Positions 48,988-58,361 of a DNA stretch of 64,000 nt are shown here, in pieces. Source of the DNA: Gemmatimonadota bacterium (GTDB taxonomy: Bacteria > Gemmatimonadota > Gemmatimonadetes > Gemmatimonadales > Gemmatimonadaceae); contig PMEM01000043.1 in assembly GCA_003155795.1 (NCBI GenBank), positions 31,925 through 95,924 of the forward strand. The letters run 5' to 3'. The notes below the pieces were generated by a model that had not been told where the DNA came from, did not search any database, and was given only the letters and a program-made list of their open reading frames with translations. Every line of letters starts with the position of its first letter. The first letter of the stretch is position 1. Both the position numbers and the translations under genes were made by a program.

Positions 48988-49088
48988 TCGAGGACTGACC
49001 AACGCCGGCTTAGGCGGTAAGAAGGGCGGGGAGACCGGTACCAACCCGGCTGAGAGGTCGTACTAGCTGCGATTAGGTGTACTTTCAT

Positions 49089-52000
49089 TTACGCGTTAGT
49101 GGCATCATGGGATGGAGGGGGTGTTACCGCTCGCACTCGCGCGAACGCAGACTCGTGGAAACGACGAATGAAATCGTAAACTCTCTGTTCCTCAACCGGG
49201 TTAGTTGTTCCTACCATTCGGTTTACGTGCATGTGGGTGAGGCTCAGAGCAATGTCCTCGAGAGCCGCTCCGAGCTCGCCGCAGCGCAGCAGATCGTGAA
49301 GGCGTGCCGCCGAGGCCGCAACTCGCATCGATCGTCGCACTAATTCTTCGCATGCATTTGCAAAAGTGGGCTCCGTTGCCGCGTGAAGGCCAAGGACGGT
49401 TTCAATATCGCCGCGGTTAGCACGATACGCTTCACTCCACACGCGGCGTGCGTCCCCCGAGGGCGGGCGTAGACGTCCAAGCAAGAGTACACGCTGCTCA
49501 GCCGTAAATTGAAGATCGGCAAGCAATGTATCTATTCCTCGCAGTAAAATCATGTCGCGAGCATGCGCATTCTCATCCCCTGGGTAGCCCCCCAGTACCG
49601 TAATAGCAAAGTCACTATCGGCGCAAAAAACATCCTCCGCAATGGTAATGGAACGACTCCCGCCATAGCGTTCGATCTCGCGCGAATAGGTATCGTAACG
49701 CAGGGACGTGAGCAGGCGGTTATCGAGGAATTCTTCTGATCGCGCTTCGAGATCTGGTAAGACTTCGCACCGGATCCGAGACGGATCGCCACAAAGGCGA
49801 AGCCGAATATGCGGTTTTGGATCTGAATACCGAATGAAAAACCAACGATCGATGGCGCCCGAGTCACGCGCCGTCTGAATCACGGGTGCGACGAGATGGC
49901 TAAGAATTCGGTTAGTCGTCCCCTCACCTGCGAAGAGTTGCGCGTACGTCCATCCAGACGTCGGCGTAAACTTTCGTCGGATTGAGGTCGGCGCGATCGT
50001 TACTGTGTTCGGCGCCATTACTTCTTCCCGACTCGTCTGCCGGCGTCGTAAGAACGGAACGATCAGTTCGTGGGTGAATCTTCCCTCTGGTCCTTCTACC
50101 ACGAGAGAATTGTCGTCGGGATATTGCTCCGCCAGTTGTACGGCGTGGTGCTTTCTGATCGACTCGACGACAACATCCACAGCGATCGGAAGATCCAGAT
50201 CCAGCGACAGTAAACTGTCTCCCTCTGAAAGGAGTACTCGTCGCGGGATACCGCGCTCGTTACGGAGCAACTGGAATGCTTGGTACGTAGCGACTCTTGC
50301 GGTACTCGGCTTCAAGGCTAATTCGGATGCAGCAATTCTCCATTGAGCGCGGCAGAGGACCGCCTGCCCGTAAACCACTCGCGGAAGAAAGGGCAATTGT
50401 TCCAGCCGCCCCCAAACCCAAGACGCGCCGAACAGTACGCCTTGTTCACGTAGAAGTGCGAAAAAGCGGTAAATCGGGAGGTTGCGAGGGTGACTCAAAT
50501 TGTGCGCCGTAGTAATGCGCGGCAGGACCTCGCGACCGAGACGGCGAGACCACAAAACTACACGATCGTCCCGAACGGTTACGAAGAGATCAGATATGGG
50601 AATCTGCTGCGACGCTGGCGCTCCAGATCTTCCCAGGAAAGGAATTTCATAGTCGCGAAGCACGGGCCGACAAAGGATGTTTCCCATGCGTCCTTCAGGC
50701 AGATGCACGACTTCAGCGAGAGCCTGATCGGGGAATAGCGCTGCCTCGCTACTGAGAAAGCGCTGTAGCGCATGCGTAAGATCCTCATCGCAGTGACAGA
50801 ATCGGCCCAGCAGATTTCCACCGGATGGCCCGGTAACCATATGAAATAGCACTCTAAGCGGGCTAGGTGTGCTTCCGGGCCGTACATCACGCACCAGCGT
50901 AACGACTGCAGCTATGGACGATGGTAACGGCGACGGAGTGCGTGACGCAAGCGAGGCAACGTCGTCGGCAGTAAGCGCGACTTCCACAGCCCCTGATTTC
51001 GCGGCACGTATTACAAGACCAGCCAAAACGGCCTGGCGAGCTCCCTCAGCACTTAGCTCTCGTAGATCACCTTCGCTAACGGCGCCTTCAAGACCTAGGT
51101 TGTCTAGGCCGATTCCAATTTCCGCATCGAGTGCCTCCGCGAGCGGCACGAGTTCCATCTCATACCGTTCGCGAAACGCGCGACGGAACGAGCGAAGAGG
51201 ATCGGTCGGTAGCGTTATACGTTGGAGAAGATCAATCCCCGCCTCAATCTCATGCATCTCAACAGCTCCGATAACCGCAGCCTCAAGACTCGTTGACATG
51301 TCTACTTGGAAAAGCCGCGCAGGATCCGCCCGTACCGGGAACTCGCCCAGGAGCTCGGCGATCCCGTTATAGTCCTGTACCGAGCAGCCGATGCCACGAG
51401 CGTCGATGTTTGCAAGCAGTTCCCGGGCGCGTTTAAGTCGATCGACCGTTGGCGCGGTCACCTCCTGCGTAGATAGCGTGTCAATCATGCCGTCGAGTGC
51501 GGCCATACCGGTCACCAACGGCTCGATATCCGCCACGATGATTTGAGCATCAAGGAGTTCATACACGAAATCGCGCGCCTCGTTGACTGAAACGTCTTCG
51601 TTCACCAATGCAAGTGCCAGTTCCGCGATCGTAGCTCCATTCTCAGCAAGTCGAATAACTTCGTCCAGAGGGTCTGACCGGTCGACAGCAACAAGTCGGT
51701 ACGCCCGATCCCCACCTTGACTGTATGCTTCCATATAATGAAAGCGGCCCCCGGCTGCGTACAGACTTGAGTTCGGTCGGATGGTAAATACGGGTCCGAA
51801 TGTACGATTAAGCAGAACTGCATCGGCTAAATCGCCAAGAAATTGTGTGTCCAACCGAGTGGTACGCCGGTAAGTTTCCCGGCTTGCGAGGCGTAGATCC
51901 GTTTGGTCGCCCACTGCCCCGAGCGCGAATCCGGCAAACAAGCCGAACGGAGTCGCACGTGCGGACATGCGTGCGAAATAACGAAACAGGCTGCGACCAA

Positions 52001-52349
52001 TGCGATGACCGCGCTCTGACTCTGGGTTGATTTCCCAGGCGGCAATTCGATTGTGAAGATCCGGAGTAGCGAGATAAATCGCCTCGCGCACTCCACGCAA
52101 CTTGAGAACGCGAGTCATCAATCGCCAGACACTTGCATCGTCCGCAGCGATCCCCTCGCTAAGTTCACCCGACTCACCAGCGCAAGCAAGTCCTACCGCG
52201 ATCGTCTCTCCAACCATAAACTCGTTCGAGGCGAGGAATGGCGTCCTTAAAGCAAAGAACCCACCCGCAGAATAGCCGGTCAGCACTGACGGTACGGCGG
52301 ACAAAGCTCTTGAAGGAATCGCTGCGTCGCCATCGTGAGTTGTATTCAT
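49089..52349 (-). CDS. lanB: full-length class I lanthipeptide dehydratase (LanB)
   Basis: 1086 aa. N-terminal GGFFALRTPFL motif. C-terminal SpaB_C/thiopeptide-type domain WFFIRYSDPKPHIRLRL. Confidence 0.85.
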   Translation of the reverse strand: MNTTHDGDAAIPSRALSAVPSVLTGYSAGGFFALRTPFLASNEFMVGETIAVGLACAGESGELSEGIAADDASVWRLMTRVLKLRGVREAIYLATPDLHNRIAAWEINPESERGHRIGRSLFRYFARMSARATPFGLFAGFALGAVGDQTDLRLASRETYRRTTRLDTQFLGDLADAVLLNRTFGPVFTIRPNSSLYAAGGRFHYMEAYSQGGDRAYRLVAVDRSDPLDEVIRLAENGATIAELALALVNEDVSVNEARDFVYELLDAQIIVADIEPLVTGMAALDGMIDTLSTQEVTAPTVDRLKRARELLANIDARGIGCSVQDYNGIAELLGEFPVRADPARLFQVDMSTSLEAAVIGAVEMHEIEAGIDLLQRITLPTDPLRSFRRAFRERYEMELVPLAEALDAEIGIGLDNLGLEGAVSEGDLRELSAEGARQAVLAGLVIRAAKSGAVEVALTADDVASLASRTPSPLPSSIAAVVTLVRDVRPGSTPSPLRVLFHMVTGPSGGNLLGRFCHCDEDLTHALQRFLSSEAALFPDQALAEVVHLPEGRMGNILCRPVLRDYEIPFLGRSGAPASQQIPISDLFVTVRDDRVVLWSRRLGREVLPRITTAHNLSHPRNLPIYRFFALLREQGVLFGASWVWGRLEQLPFLPRVVYGQAVLCRAQWRIAASELALKPSTARVATYQAFQLLRNERGIPRRVLLSEGDSLLSLDLDLPIAVDVVVESIRKHHAVQLAEQYPDDNSLVVEGPEGRFTHELIVPFLRRRQTSREEVMAPNTVTIAPTSIRRKFTPTSGWTYAQLFAGEGTTNRILSHLVAPVIQTARDSGAIDRWFFIRYSDPKPHIRLRLCGDPSRIRCEVLPDLEARSEEFLDNRLLTSLRYDTYSREIERYGGSRSITIAEDVFCADSDFAITVLGGYPGDENAHARDMILLRGIDTLLADLQFTAEQRVLLLGRLRPPSGDARRVWSEAYRANRGDIETVLGLHAATEPTFANACEELVRRSMRVAASAARLHDLLRCGELGAALEDIALSLTHMHVNRMVGTTNPVEEQRVYDFIRRFHESAFARVRAVTPPPSHDATNA

Positions 52350-52450
52350 CAGTTCTTTCGTTGAAGGATTTCCGCCAGACCGAAGTGCAATCCCTTTTCA
52401 CCTGAATTCGGGAATCAGCACTCCGGGCACTCAACAGGTGGTAGCACAAT

Positions 52451-53248
52451 TCACGCGTCCCGTAATCGCCTAACAATGCAATCGACAAATGCCTTCGCGT
52501 CCATCTCCGCGCGGATCTCGAGAACCCCCATCCCTGTTAATTCCCTACATTGTTTGTCGAGTCTACGATGTTCGCTATACCCAAGGAAGGTAGCCGTCCG
52601 CTTCATGCTGAGGTCGCGGTCCATAAGACAGGGAAACGCGCGAACGAGCCGCGCTGCAGCAACCAACCGACGCGTCGAAGTAATTCGCGCTCGGAAAATC
52701 CATCTATCAAGTGAGCGTCGTGTCAGTCCAGCTGCAGCCGCCAACTGCTGCGCCGACTGAGGAGCGATCGGGGCTGTGAACATTAGAGTGATCGCGAACT
52801 GCAATCGCTCTGGGAGCACAGAAATGAGGGGACTAAGCCGTTCGGCGAGTTGCAGATCAAGGCCGGCCATGGGCAGCGCAGCGAAAGCCTCCCCCAACCG
52901 ATCCATTCCAGATGTCGGATTTCTAAGGACTACATCAACGTATGAGACACGGGACAGTACAAGTAACGCGACGATAAGCCGCGGTGTCAGCGAGCCATAC
53001 AGCACGACTGGAATTTGGCGCCTGTGTAGAGCGGCAGCGATCGCGTAAATGTTTGTCTCGTCAGTCAGCGCCGGATCCAACACGAGAACGTCCACACCAA
53101 TCCGCACCGCTTCAATATCGAGCCCGCAGACGATGTGTTGCGTCTGATGAGGACCCACGCTGAGAAGCGCTGTCCGAAGGGAGGCAGCTGCGAGGGCCGG
53201 GAGCCGGATCAGCACATGCACGTCAATTGGCCTCAGAAGGCGAGCCAT
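52451..53248 (-). CDS. AraC-type HTH regulator with receiver-like N-terminal domain (putative)
   Basis: C-terminus FLGYSEHRRLDKQCRELTGMGVLEIR resembles the AraC second HTH. N-terminal VDVLVLDP...IPVVLYG resembles a CheY-like fold. Confidence 0.45.
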   Translation of the reverse strand: MARLLRPIDVHVLIRLPALAAASLRTALLSVGPHQTQHIVCGLDIEAVRIGVDVLVLDPALTDETNIYAIAAALHRRQIPVVLYGSLTPRLIVALLVLSRVSYVDVVLRNPTSGMDRLGEAFAALPMAGLDLQLAERLSPLISVLPERLQFAITLMFTAPIAPQSAQQLAAAAGLTRRSLDRWIFRARITSTRRLVAAARLVRAFPCLMDRDLSMKRTATFLGYSEHRRLDKQCRELTGMGVLEIRAEMDAKAFVDCIVRRLRDA

Positions 53249-53835
53249 AAATTACCACTTCCCGTAGACATCGGCGTCACGATCAGCGCGAATCGTGGTT
53301 GGAGGCTTCTGATATCGATCTATCCCGCCGATGCCCTGAGCGAAAAGGGGTTGCCCAGCGAGTAATTCAAATTCGGGCTTCCACGCGTCAAGTCTGTGAA
53401 CCTAGAGAGCCGAACGAGGCGAGGCACTCGTCCGAGTCGGACCCGGACCGTGCCGCCGCCAACCGCCTGCAATGGTACCTGAGGGGTTGTCGTCAAAACT
53501 CGGTATCGCCCAGGGGCCTTCGAGATCTCAAACTAGGGCGGTCAGACGGGTGCGATGAACTGCCCGCCACAAATGCCCCACCCCCACCTCGTGTCGCTGG
53601 CTGCCGCGGGTCCCCCATTCTCCATCGCTGTCGACACGGCGTTTGGGGAGGGGCCGCACCGCGGGTAGTCGTTCGGAATCGGGGCGACCACTGTTGGCGC
53701 TGGAACCGCGAACAACCATGCGCCATCTTTTCCAGACGCACCTCGACGCGAGCGCTGCTTAGCGATAAGGAGTCAATCGCGCCACGCGGGTCATAAGGGA
53801 CCTCAGCGGTGAGATGTAAGGAGCGGGTGAAAATT

Positions 53836-54075
53836 TCAAACGATCATTGACACCTTGTGCCCCTGGGTGCGGAATTCGGGGGCCTCGTAGACAACATGGT
53901 AGTGCGAGTTCGTGATGTTTATGTCCCCGTTCTTGGTGAAGTAGACCTTTGAAGAACGGACCGGGAATGCTCGAGAGGAGGCTTCGTCACCCGAACAGGT
54001 CCGTACAGGTAAGGCCACAGTGTTCTGGAGATCCATCGGTTTCTTCCGGTGCCCCTTTACTCGTGTATTGCTCAT
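53836..54075 (-). CDS. small hypothetical protein
   Basis: 79-aa ORF with a good SD (GGAGGG, 5 nt before the ATG). No motif. Confidence 0.35.
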   Translation of the reverse strand: MSNTRVKGHRKKPMDLQNTVALPVRTCSGDEASSRAFPVRSSKVYFTKNGDINITNSHYHVVYEAPEFRTQGHKVSMIV

Positions 54076-54334
54076 TCTCCCTCCGCGGTTTGCTGCGATT
54101 CAATTCTGTCGTCTTCCAGCCAGGCTAATTGGCACACCCAGCCCTATAGTGGGTGTCCAAGTGGCCCAACCTGACAGTCTTTCGTCGGCTGAGCGCGCTA
54201 CCCTCTACCTCGGAAAAGGCGACCAGCGGACAAAGGCTGAATCACTAGGCGTAGAACTGGGTGCGTTGGGGCTGTCTTTTGTAGCCCGAGGTTTTGGAGT
54301 GCGCGCCTAAAAAGGCGTAGGGCGTATCGTCTGC

Positions 54335-54865
54335 ATGTGGCCACGTCAGTCACGAGCACGCAGCAAAGTCAACGAACCACTCCGAAACAAGGCGACCGAA
54401 ATCACCATGTCCGATTCCCCCTCTCTTTTTCCGAACGATGGCGCAGGCGGCGGTTCCCGCCGGCGGGCTCCGTCCAGTGGTTCAATCGTGACGCGGAATG
54501 CCGCTGTCCCGGTTGCCCCAGCGTTCGGTGTGCGTGTGCGCGATGCTGCGACGAACACTTACTCAGAGCACATCGTTGACATCGTGACCGGTCCGCTCGG
54601 TTTCACGGTCATACACGCGCGGGTGTCTGTCGAGGATACGATCCCGCTCGAGCTCCCGACCGGAACAGAGAACGACGACATCATCCACGAGAGCGATGCC
54701 GCAGAACGCAATGGCGGAATCGTTTCGATCGACGTGACCGATGAGACTCAGTTCTTCATCGGACCGCATGGAAACCCGATTCGTCTCTATGGCGATGATG
54801 GAGTAGAGGCCGCGCGCGAGTTCCTTGCGCGCGGTGAACCCGCCGTACCACCGCCGCCACTCTAA
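54335..54865 (+). CDS. hypothetical protein
   Basis: 176-aa ORF. Alternative start at 54407. No motif. Confidence 0.35.
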   Translation: MWPRQSRARSKVNEPLRNKATEITMSDSPSLFPNDGAGGGSRRRAPSSGSIVTRNAAVPVAPAFGVRVRDAATNTYSEHIVDIVTGPLGFTVIHARVSVEDTIPLELPTGTENDDIIHESDAAERNGGIVSIDVTDETQFFIGPHGNPIRLYGDDGVEAAREFLARGEPAVPPPPL

Positions 54866-54899
54866 CGCAGATAGTTCCTGCATCTTCCAGAGACTCGCA

Positions 54900-56006
54900 A
54901 TGCCACAGTCCTCCGCTTCGCCAACTGATCTATTCGGTCGCAAGATCGAGAACGTGTTTTCGTCAGTGCAGTCCGTGCCCCACACCGCGGACCGCGGCTT
55001 TGGTGCGCCTGCGCTCAACACGGCGCGAGAGGCGGTCCGGCAGGATGCGGTGAAACATGGAAACAGCGATCCCTCGTCACTCTGGTCGGAACGCCGGATG
55101 CAGCTCAGTCCGCGTAGCCGTACCGAACATCTGGCGATCGGGAGCGGCGCCCAGAATGAAATGTTCGCGTTCACGCCAGGCTCGCGCGCGGTTGACCCCA
55201 AATCGGCCGAAGCGTTGCCGTATAGTGACTACTTCGACATGTGGTGGAAGCGACGCGACGTTGATGCGAGCGAACGAGATTACTTCGCCCATGCGTTCGC
55301 ACGGAGCCACAAGGTTATAGCGACGCGGAGTAAGCCTGGCACCACTGCAGTCAGCGTCGCTGTAGCAGGACTCGTGTTCGAGTCAAATGGAACCGATCTG
55401 TACGACGCGCTGGATTCGCTTGCCTATACGGTTCGCGGCGGTCCGGCGATGTCAGCTCGGCCCGCCGCACCGGAACCATCAGCCTTGGACCTCATCGCCC
55501 AGGCGCGAGCTCGCATGCCGGAAGCCGAACGCGCGCGCCGTGATGCGTATTCCCATTTCATGGGCCGTCGCATCGCGCTCAGTCGATCGCGCGATCGTGG
55601 TTTCCTGCTCACAGTCTCAGCGAACGATAAGCGACACGCCGCTACCCTCGGGATCACGCCACCAGAAGGTGACCGTGCGTCTGAAATCACTGAAATTGCC
55701 AAGTTCTTCGGGGAGTGCGCTGATATGACGCGCGACCTTGAAGATGCAGCGTGGTTTGGACTGACAAAGGATCTCCTGCCAGGCGAGGCCATGGAGCGCG
55801 CAACCGCGCAGGTGCAGCGAGTGGAGAGGTACCAGAACGATAGGTACATCGATCACTCGGCACGGGCGCACGGAAACTCGGATGGGCGGGTTGGCGACTC
55901 AGGTGATCGAACCGATAGCCTCTTGGAGCGAAGTGCAGTGCTCGAGTCGGGTGCTGATCCCCTAGGTGAAAGTGAGGAGGTATCCGATGAAGGCCGTACT
56001 GCATGA
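54900..56006 (+). CDS. hypothetical protein
   Basis: ORF 54825..56006. The Met at 54900 avoids overlap with the upstream gene. No motif. Confidence 0.4.
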   Translation: MPQSSASPTDLFGRKIENVFSSVQSVPHTADRGFGAPALNTAREAVRQDAVKHGNSDPSSLWSERRMQLSPRSRTEHLAIGSGAQNEMFAFTPGSRAVDPKSAEALPYSDYFDMWWKRRDVDASERDYFAHAFARSHKVIATRSKPGTTAVSVAVAGLVFESNGTDLYDALDSLAYTVRGGPAMSARPAAPEPSALDLIAQARARMPEAERARRDAYSHFMGRRIALSRSRDRGFLLTVSANDKRHAATLGITPPEGDRASEITEIAKFFGECADMTRDLEDAAWFGLTKDLLPGEAMERATAQVQRVERYQNDRYIDHSARAHGNSDGRVGDSGDRTDSLLERSAVLESGADPLGESEEVSDEGRTA

Positions 56007-56328
56007 TGCACTTCGTACTGTGTTTCGCCCGGCGCTTGGCGGATGGATGCGGTCACAGGTGGGCGTAGCACCTTCTCGCGTGTTGATCACTCCTCACGAG
56101 CCGAGTTCGCCAGCCCGCTGTGGTGCGTGTGGCGAAACACTTCCGTTGGTAGCAACGGCAACATATCCGGATATGGACCACGGGATCGGCTCGACGCACA
56201 CTGACGTGGTCGTTTGCGAGCTGTGTGGGGGATGTGAGCGAGCAGCACTCGGCGTGGGGCGACCAATTGGATTGATGCTGTGCCGTGACTCCGCCGATCT
56301 TCGCGCGAGCGCATCCGACCGTCAGTAG
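55966..56328 (+). CDS. small Cys-containing hypothetical protein
   Basis: CGACGE ... CELCGGCE zinc-ribbon-like pairs. Start probably at 55987. Confidence 0.35.
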   Translation: MKVRRYPMKAVLHDALRTVFRPALGGWMRSQVGVAPSRVLITPHEPSSPARCGACGETLPLVATATYPDMDHGIGSTHTDVVVCELCGGCERAALGVGRPIGLMLCRDSADLRASASDRQ

Positions 56329-56361
56329 TCCGCACTCTTTCGACTCAAGCAATACAAGCAA

Positions 56362-56886
56362 ATGATCCTTTCTAACGGCCAACACGAGATGTTGACTGAA
56401 TCCCGATTGACTTCGACCATTCCATCTCAGGCAATTACGCTGACGGAGCCGTGGGCTTCCCTTGTAGTGCTGCTTCTCAAGCGCTACGAGACGAGAGGCT
56501 GGCCTACGCGATTCAGAAAGACACTCTTCGTTCATGCCGCGAAAGGGATGCCACGGTATGCACGTGAGGCTGTGTGCACGTCACCATTTCTTGAAGATCT
56601 CACTGCTGCGTTCCATGTAGATACGGCATCGCAAGTTCTCGAGGTACTCGATGCTCGACGTGGCCATATCATTGGCCAGTGCGAGATCAGAGGATGCCAC
56701 CGGTCAGAGGATGTACGTGGCACTCTCTCCGATCGGGAGTGCGCTTACGGAGACTACAGCGATGATCGTTATGCATTTGCGATTGAGCGCGCTGTGGCAT
56801 TCGACTCGTTCATTCCGTGTCGAGGCATGTTGGGCATCTGGACAGTTCCTGCCGATACACTCGCCGCGCTCCAACGCGCAGCCTAA
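56362..56886 (+). CDS. ASCH (PUA-like) domain protein
   Basis: ITLTEPWASLVVLLLKRYETRGWPTRFRKTLFVHAAKG is typical of phage ASCH proteins. Confidence 0.6.
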   Translation: MILSNGQHEMLTESRLTSTIPSQAITLTEPWASLVVLLLKRYETRGWPTRFRKTLFVHAAKGMPRYAREAVCTSPFLEDLTAAFHVDTASQVLEVLDARRGHIIGQCEIRGCHRSEDVRGTLSDRECAYGDYSDDRYAFAIERAVAFDSFIPCRGMLGIWTVPADTLAALQRAA

Positions 56887-56898
56887 CCGGAATATCGA

Positions 56899-57978
56899 AT
56901 GGGCGCGAAAACAAAGATAGAATGGAGTGACAGCTCGTGGAATCCGCTGCGCGGATGTTCCAGAGTTTCTCGAGCATGTGAGCACTGCTACGCTGAGGTG
57001 GTAGCGGGCCGATTCTCGGGTCCAGGGTTGCCTTATGAAGGTCTCACGCGCGCGACGACAGGAGGAGCGCGTTGGACAGGGAAGATCATGCTTGTTCCCG
57101 AGCATCTTGCGGATCCACTTCGCTGGAAGCGCCCGCGGTTGATCTTCGTCAACTCGATGAGCGATCTGTTTCATCCCAATGTGCCGGATGAATATATCGC
57201 TGCTGTATTCGGCGTCATGATGTATGCACGTCGACACACGTTTCAAGTGCTTACAAAGCGCCCGGAACGTATGGCAGCTTTGCTGCCGACGCTGACCGCA
57301 CTTCGATGCCATGTGACCGCGAGCGAGATCCTCGGGTACACCCCGGCGTGGGAGCGCACGTACCAGCCGGCGGATGCGACGTTCCCACTGCCGAATGTCT
57401 GGCTCGGTGCGAGTGTGGAAGATCAGCCGACCGCGGATGAACGTATTCCGCACCTGCTCAACACACCCGCAGCGGTGCGCTTCCTGTCGTGTGAGCCATT
57501 GCTCGGGCCGATCACACTGACGGTTCCTGGCGAGTCGGGGAAGATCCGGATCGACGTTCTTACAGGTGGCTGGGCTGTACCGCGCAACGATGGATCGCAT
57601 CACCAGGAGCCGCGCATTCACTGGGTAATTGTGGGTGGCGAATCTGGCGCCGGCGCGAGGCCCATGCATCCGGATTGGGCAAGGTCACTTCGAGATCAAT
57701 GCGTTCGCGCCGGTGTCCCGTTTTTCTTTAAGCAATGGGGTGAGTGGGTTCCAATTGCGGCTCCGGGGCTGAACAACGACGCTGACGAACCCAAGCTAGC
57801 TGTATTGTCCCGAACCGGAGAGTGCTTCTCGGCGACGCCTGCTGAGGCGATGTTAGCCACAGGATCGTTACACGCAGTCCAAAGATTAGGCAAGCACAAA
57901 GCCGGCCGTCACCTCGATTGCCGCGCGTGGGACGAGATGCCGATCGCATGTGGCAGCGTTGCGTCCCAGGACGCGTGA
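56899..57978 (+). CDS. phage Gp37/Gp68 family protein (DUF5131)
   Basis: The N-terminus KIEWSDSSWNPLRGCSRVSRACEHCYAE is the family hallmark. Confidence 0.8.
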   Translation: MGAKTKIEWSDSSWNPLRGCSRVSRACEHCYAEVVAGRFSGPGLPYEGLTRATTGGARWTGKIMLVPEHLADPLRWKRPRLIFVNSMSDLFHPNVPDEYIAAVFGVMMYARRHTFQVLTKRPERMAALLPTLTALRCHVTASEILGYTPAWERTYQPADATFPLPNVWLGASVEDQPTADERIPHLLNTPAAVRFLSCEPLLGPITLTVPGESGKIRIDVLTGGWAVPRNDGSHHQEPRIHWVIVGGESGAGARPMHPDWARSLRDQCVRAGVPFFFKQWGEWVPIAAPGLNNDADEPKLAVLSRTGECFSATPAEAMLATGSLHAVQRLGKHKAGRHLDCRAWDEMPIACGSVASQDA

Positions 57979-58361
57979 CGGTGAGTTACAAGCTGATCCT
58001 TAATCGACTCGTAAATGAGCTGCCCCGATTCGCGTACAACTACGCAGACGAGCGCCAGCTACATGAAGGACTTGCCGCAGTACTCACGTCAGCCGGCATA
58101 CGTTTCGACCGTGAATACATAGCTGGTCCCAAGGATCGATTCGACTTTCTCTGCGATGAGGGGGTCGTGATCGAGGCGAAGATCAAGGGGACGTTCTCCG
58201 AGGCACTACGCCAGATCGATCGCTATTGCGCTCGCGATGACGTCAAGGCTGTCCTTCTGGTGACAACCTGTTTGTGGGGTCAGGCTCGTGGGTGGCGTGA
58301 CGATGCTGTGCTACACACGAAACCAGTCCGAATGGTTCGTATCGGAAGGCAGGCGTTTTGA
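57975..58361 (+). CDS. PD-(D/E)XK nuclease-fold protein (VRR-NUC-like)
   Basis: The GTG at 57975 overlaps the upstream TGA. DRFDFLCDEGVVIEAKIKG gives a D...ExK motif. Immediately precedes the SNF2 helicase, as in many phages. Confidence 0.5.
   Translation: MTVSYKLILNRLVNELPRFAYNYADERQLHEGLAAVLTSAGIRFDREYIAGPKDRFDFLCDEGVVIEAKIKGTFSEALRQIDRYCARDDVKAVLLVTTCLWGQARGWRDDAVLHTKPVRMVRIGRQAF

Noticed and set aside
45316-51372. Plus-strand ORFs inside the minus-strand RiPP operon (45316..45801, 47475..48062, 50869..51372)
   Set aside because: They are antisense to HlyD, LanT and LanB, which carry clear family motifs. The ORFs themselves have no motifs of their own.
54563-55201. 212-aa minus-strand ORF spanning two + strand hypotheticals
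   Set aside because: It has no motif, opposes the orientation of the whole co-directional module, and overlaps two tandem + ORFs. Evidence is weak either way, so I did not report it as a gene.
56704-57669. 321-aa minus-strand ORF antisense to the Gp37/Gp68 gene
   Set aside because: It is a shadow ORF typical of GC-rich DNA. The + strand frame carries the unmistakable KIEWSDSSWNPLRGC...CEHCYAE family signature.
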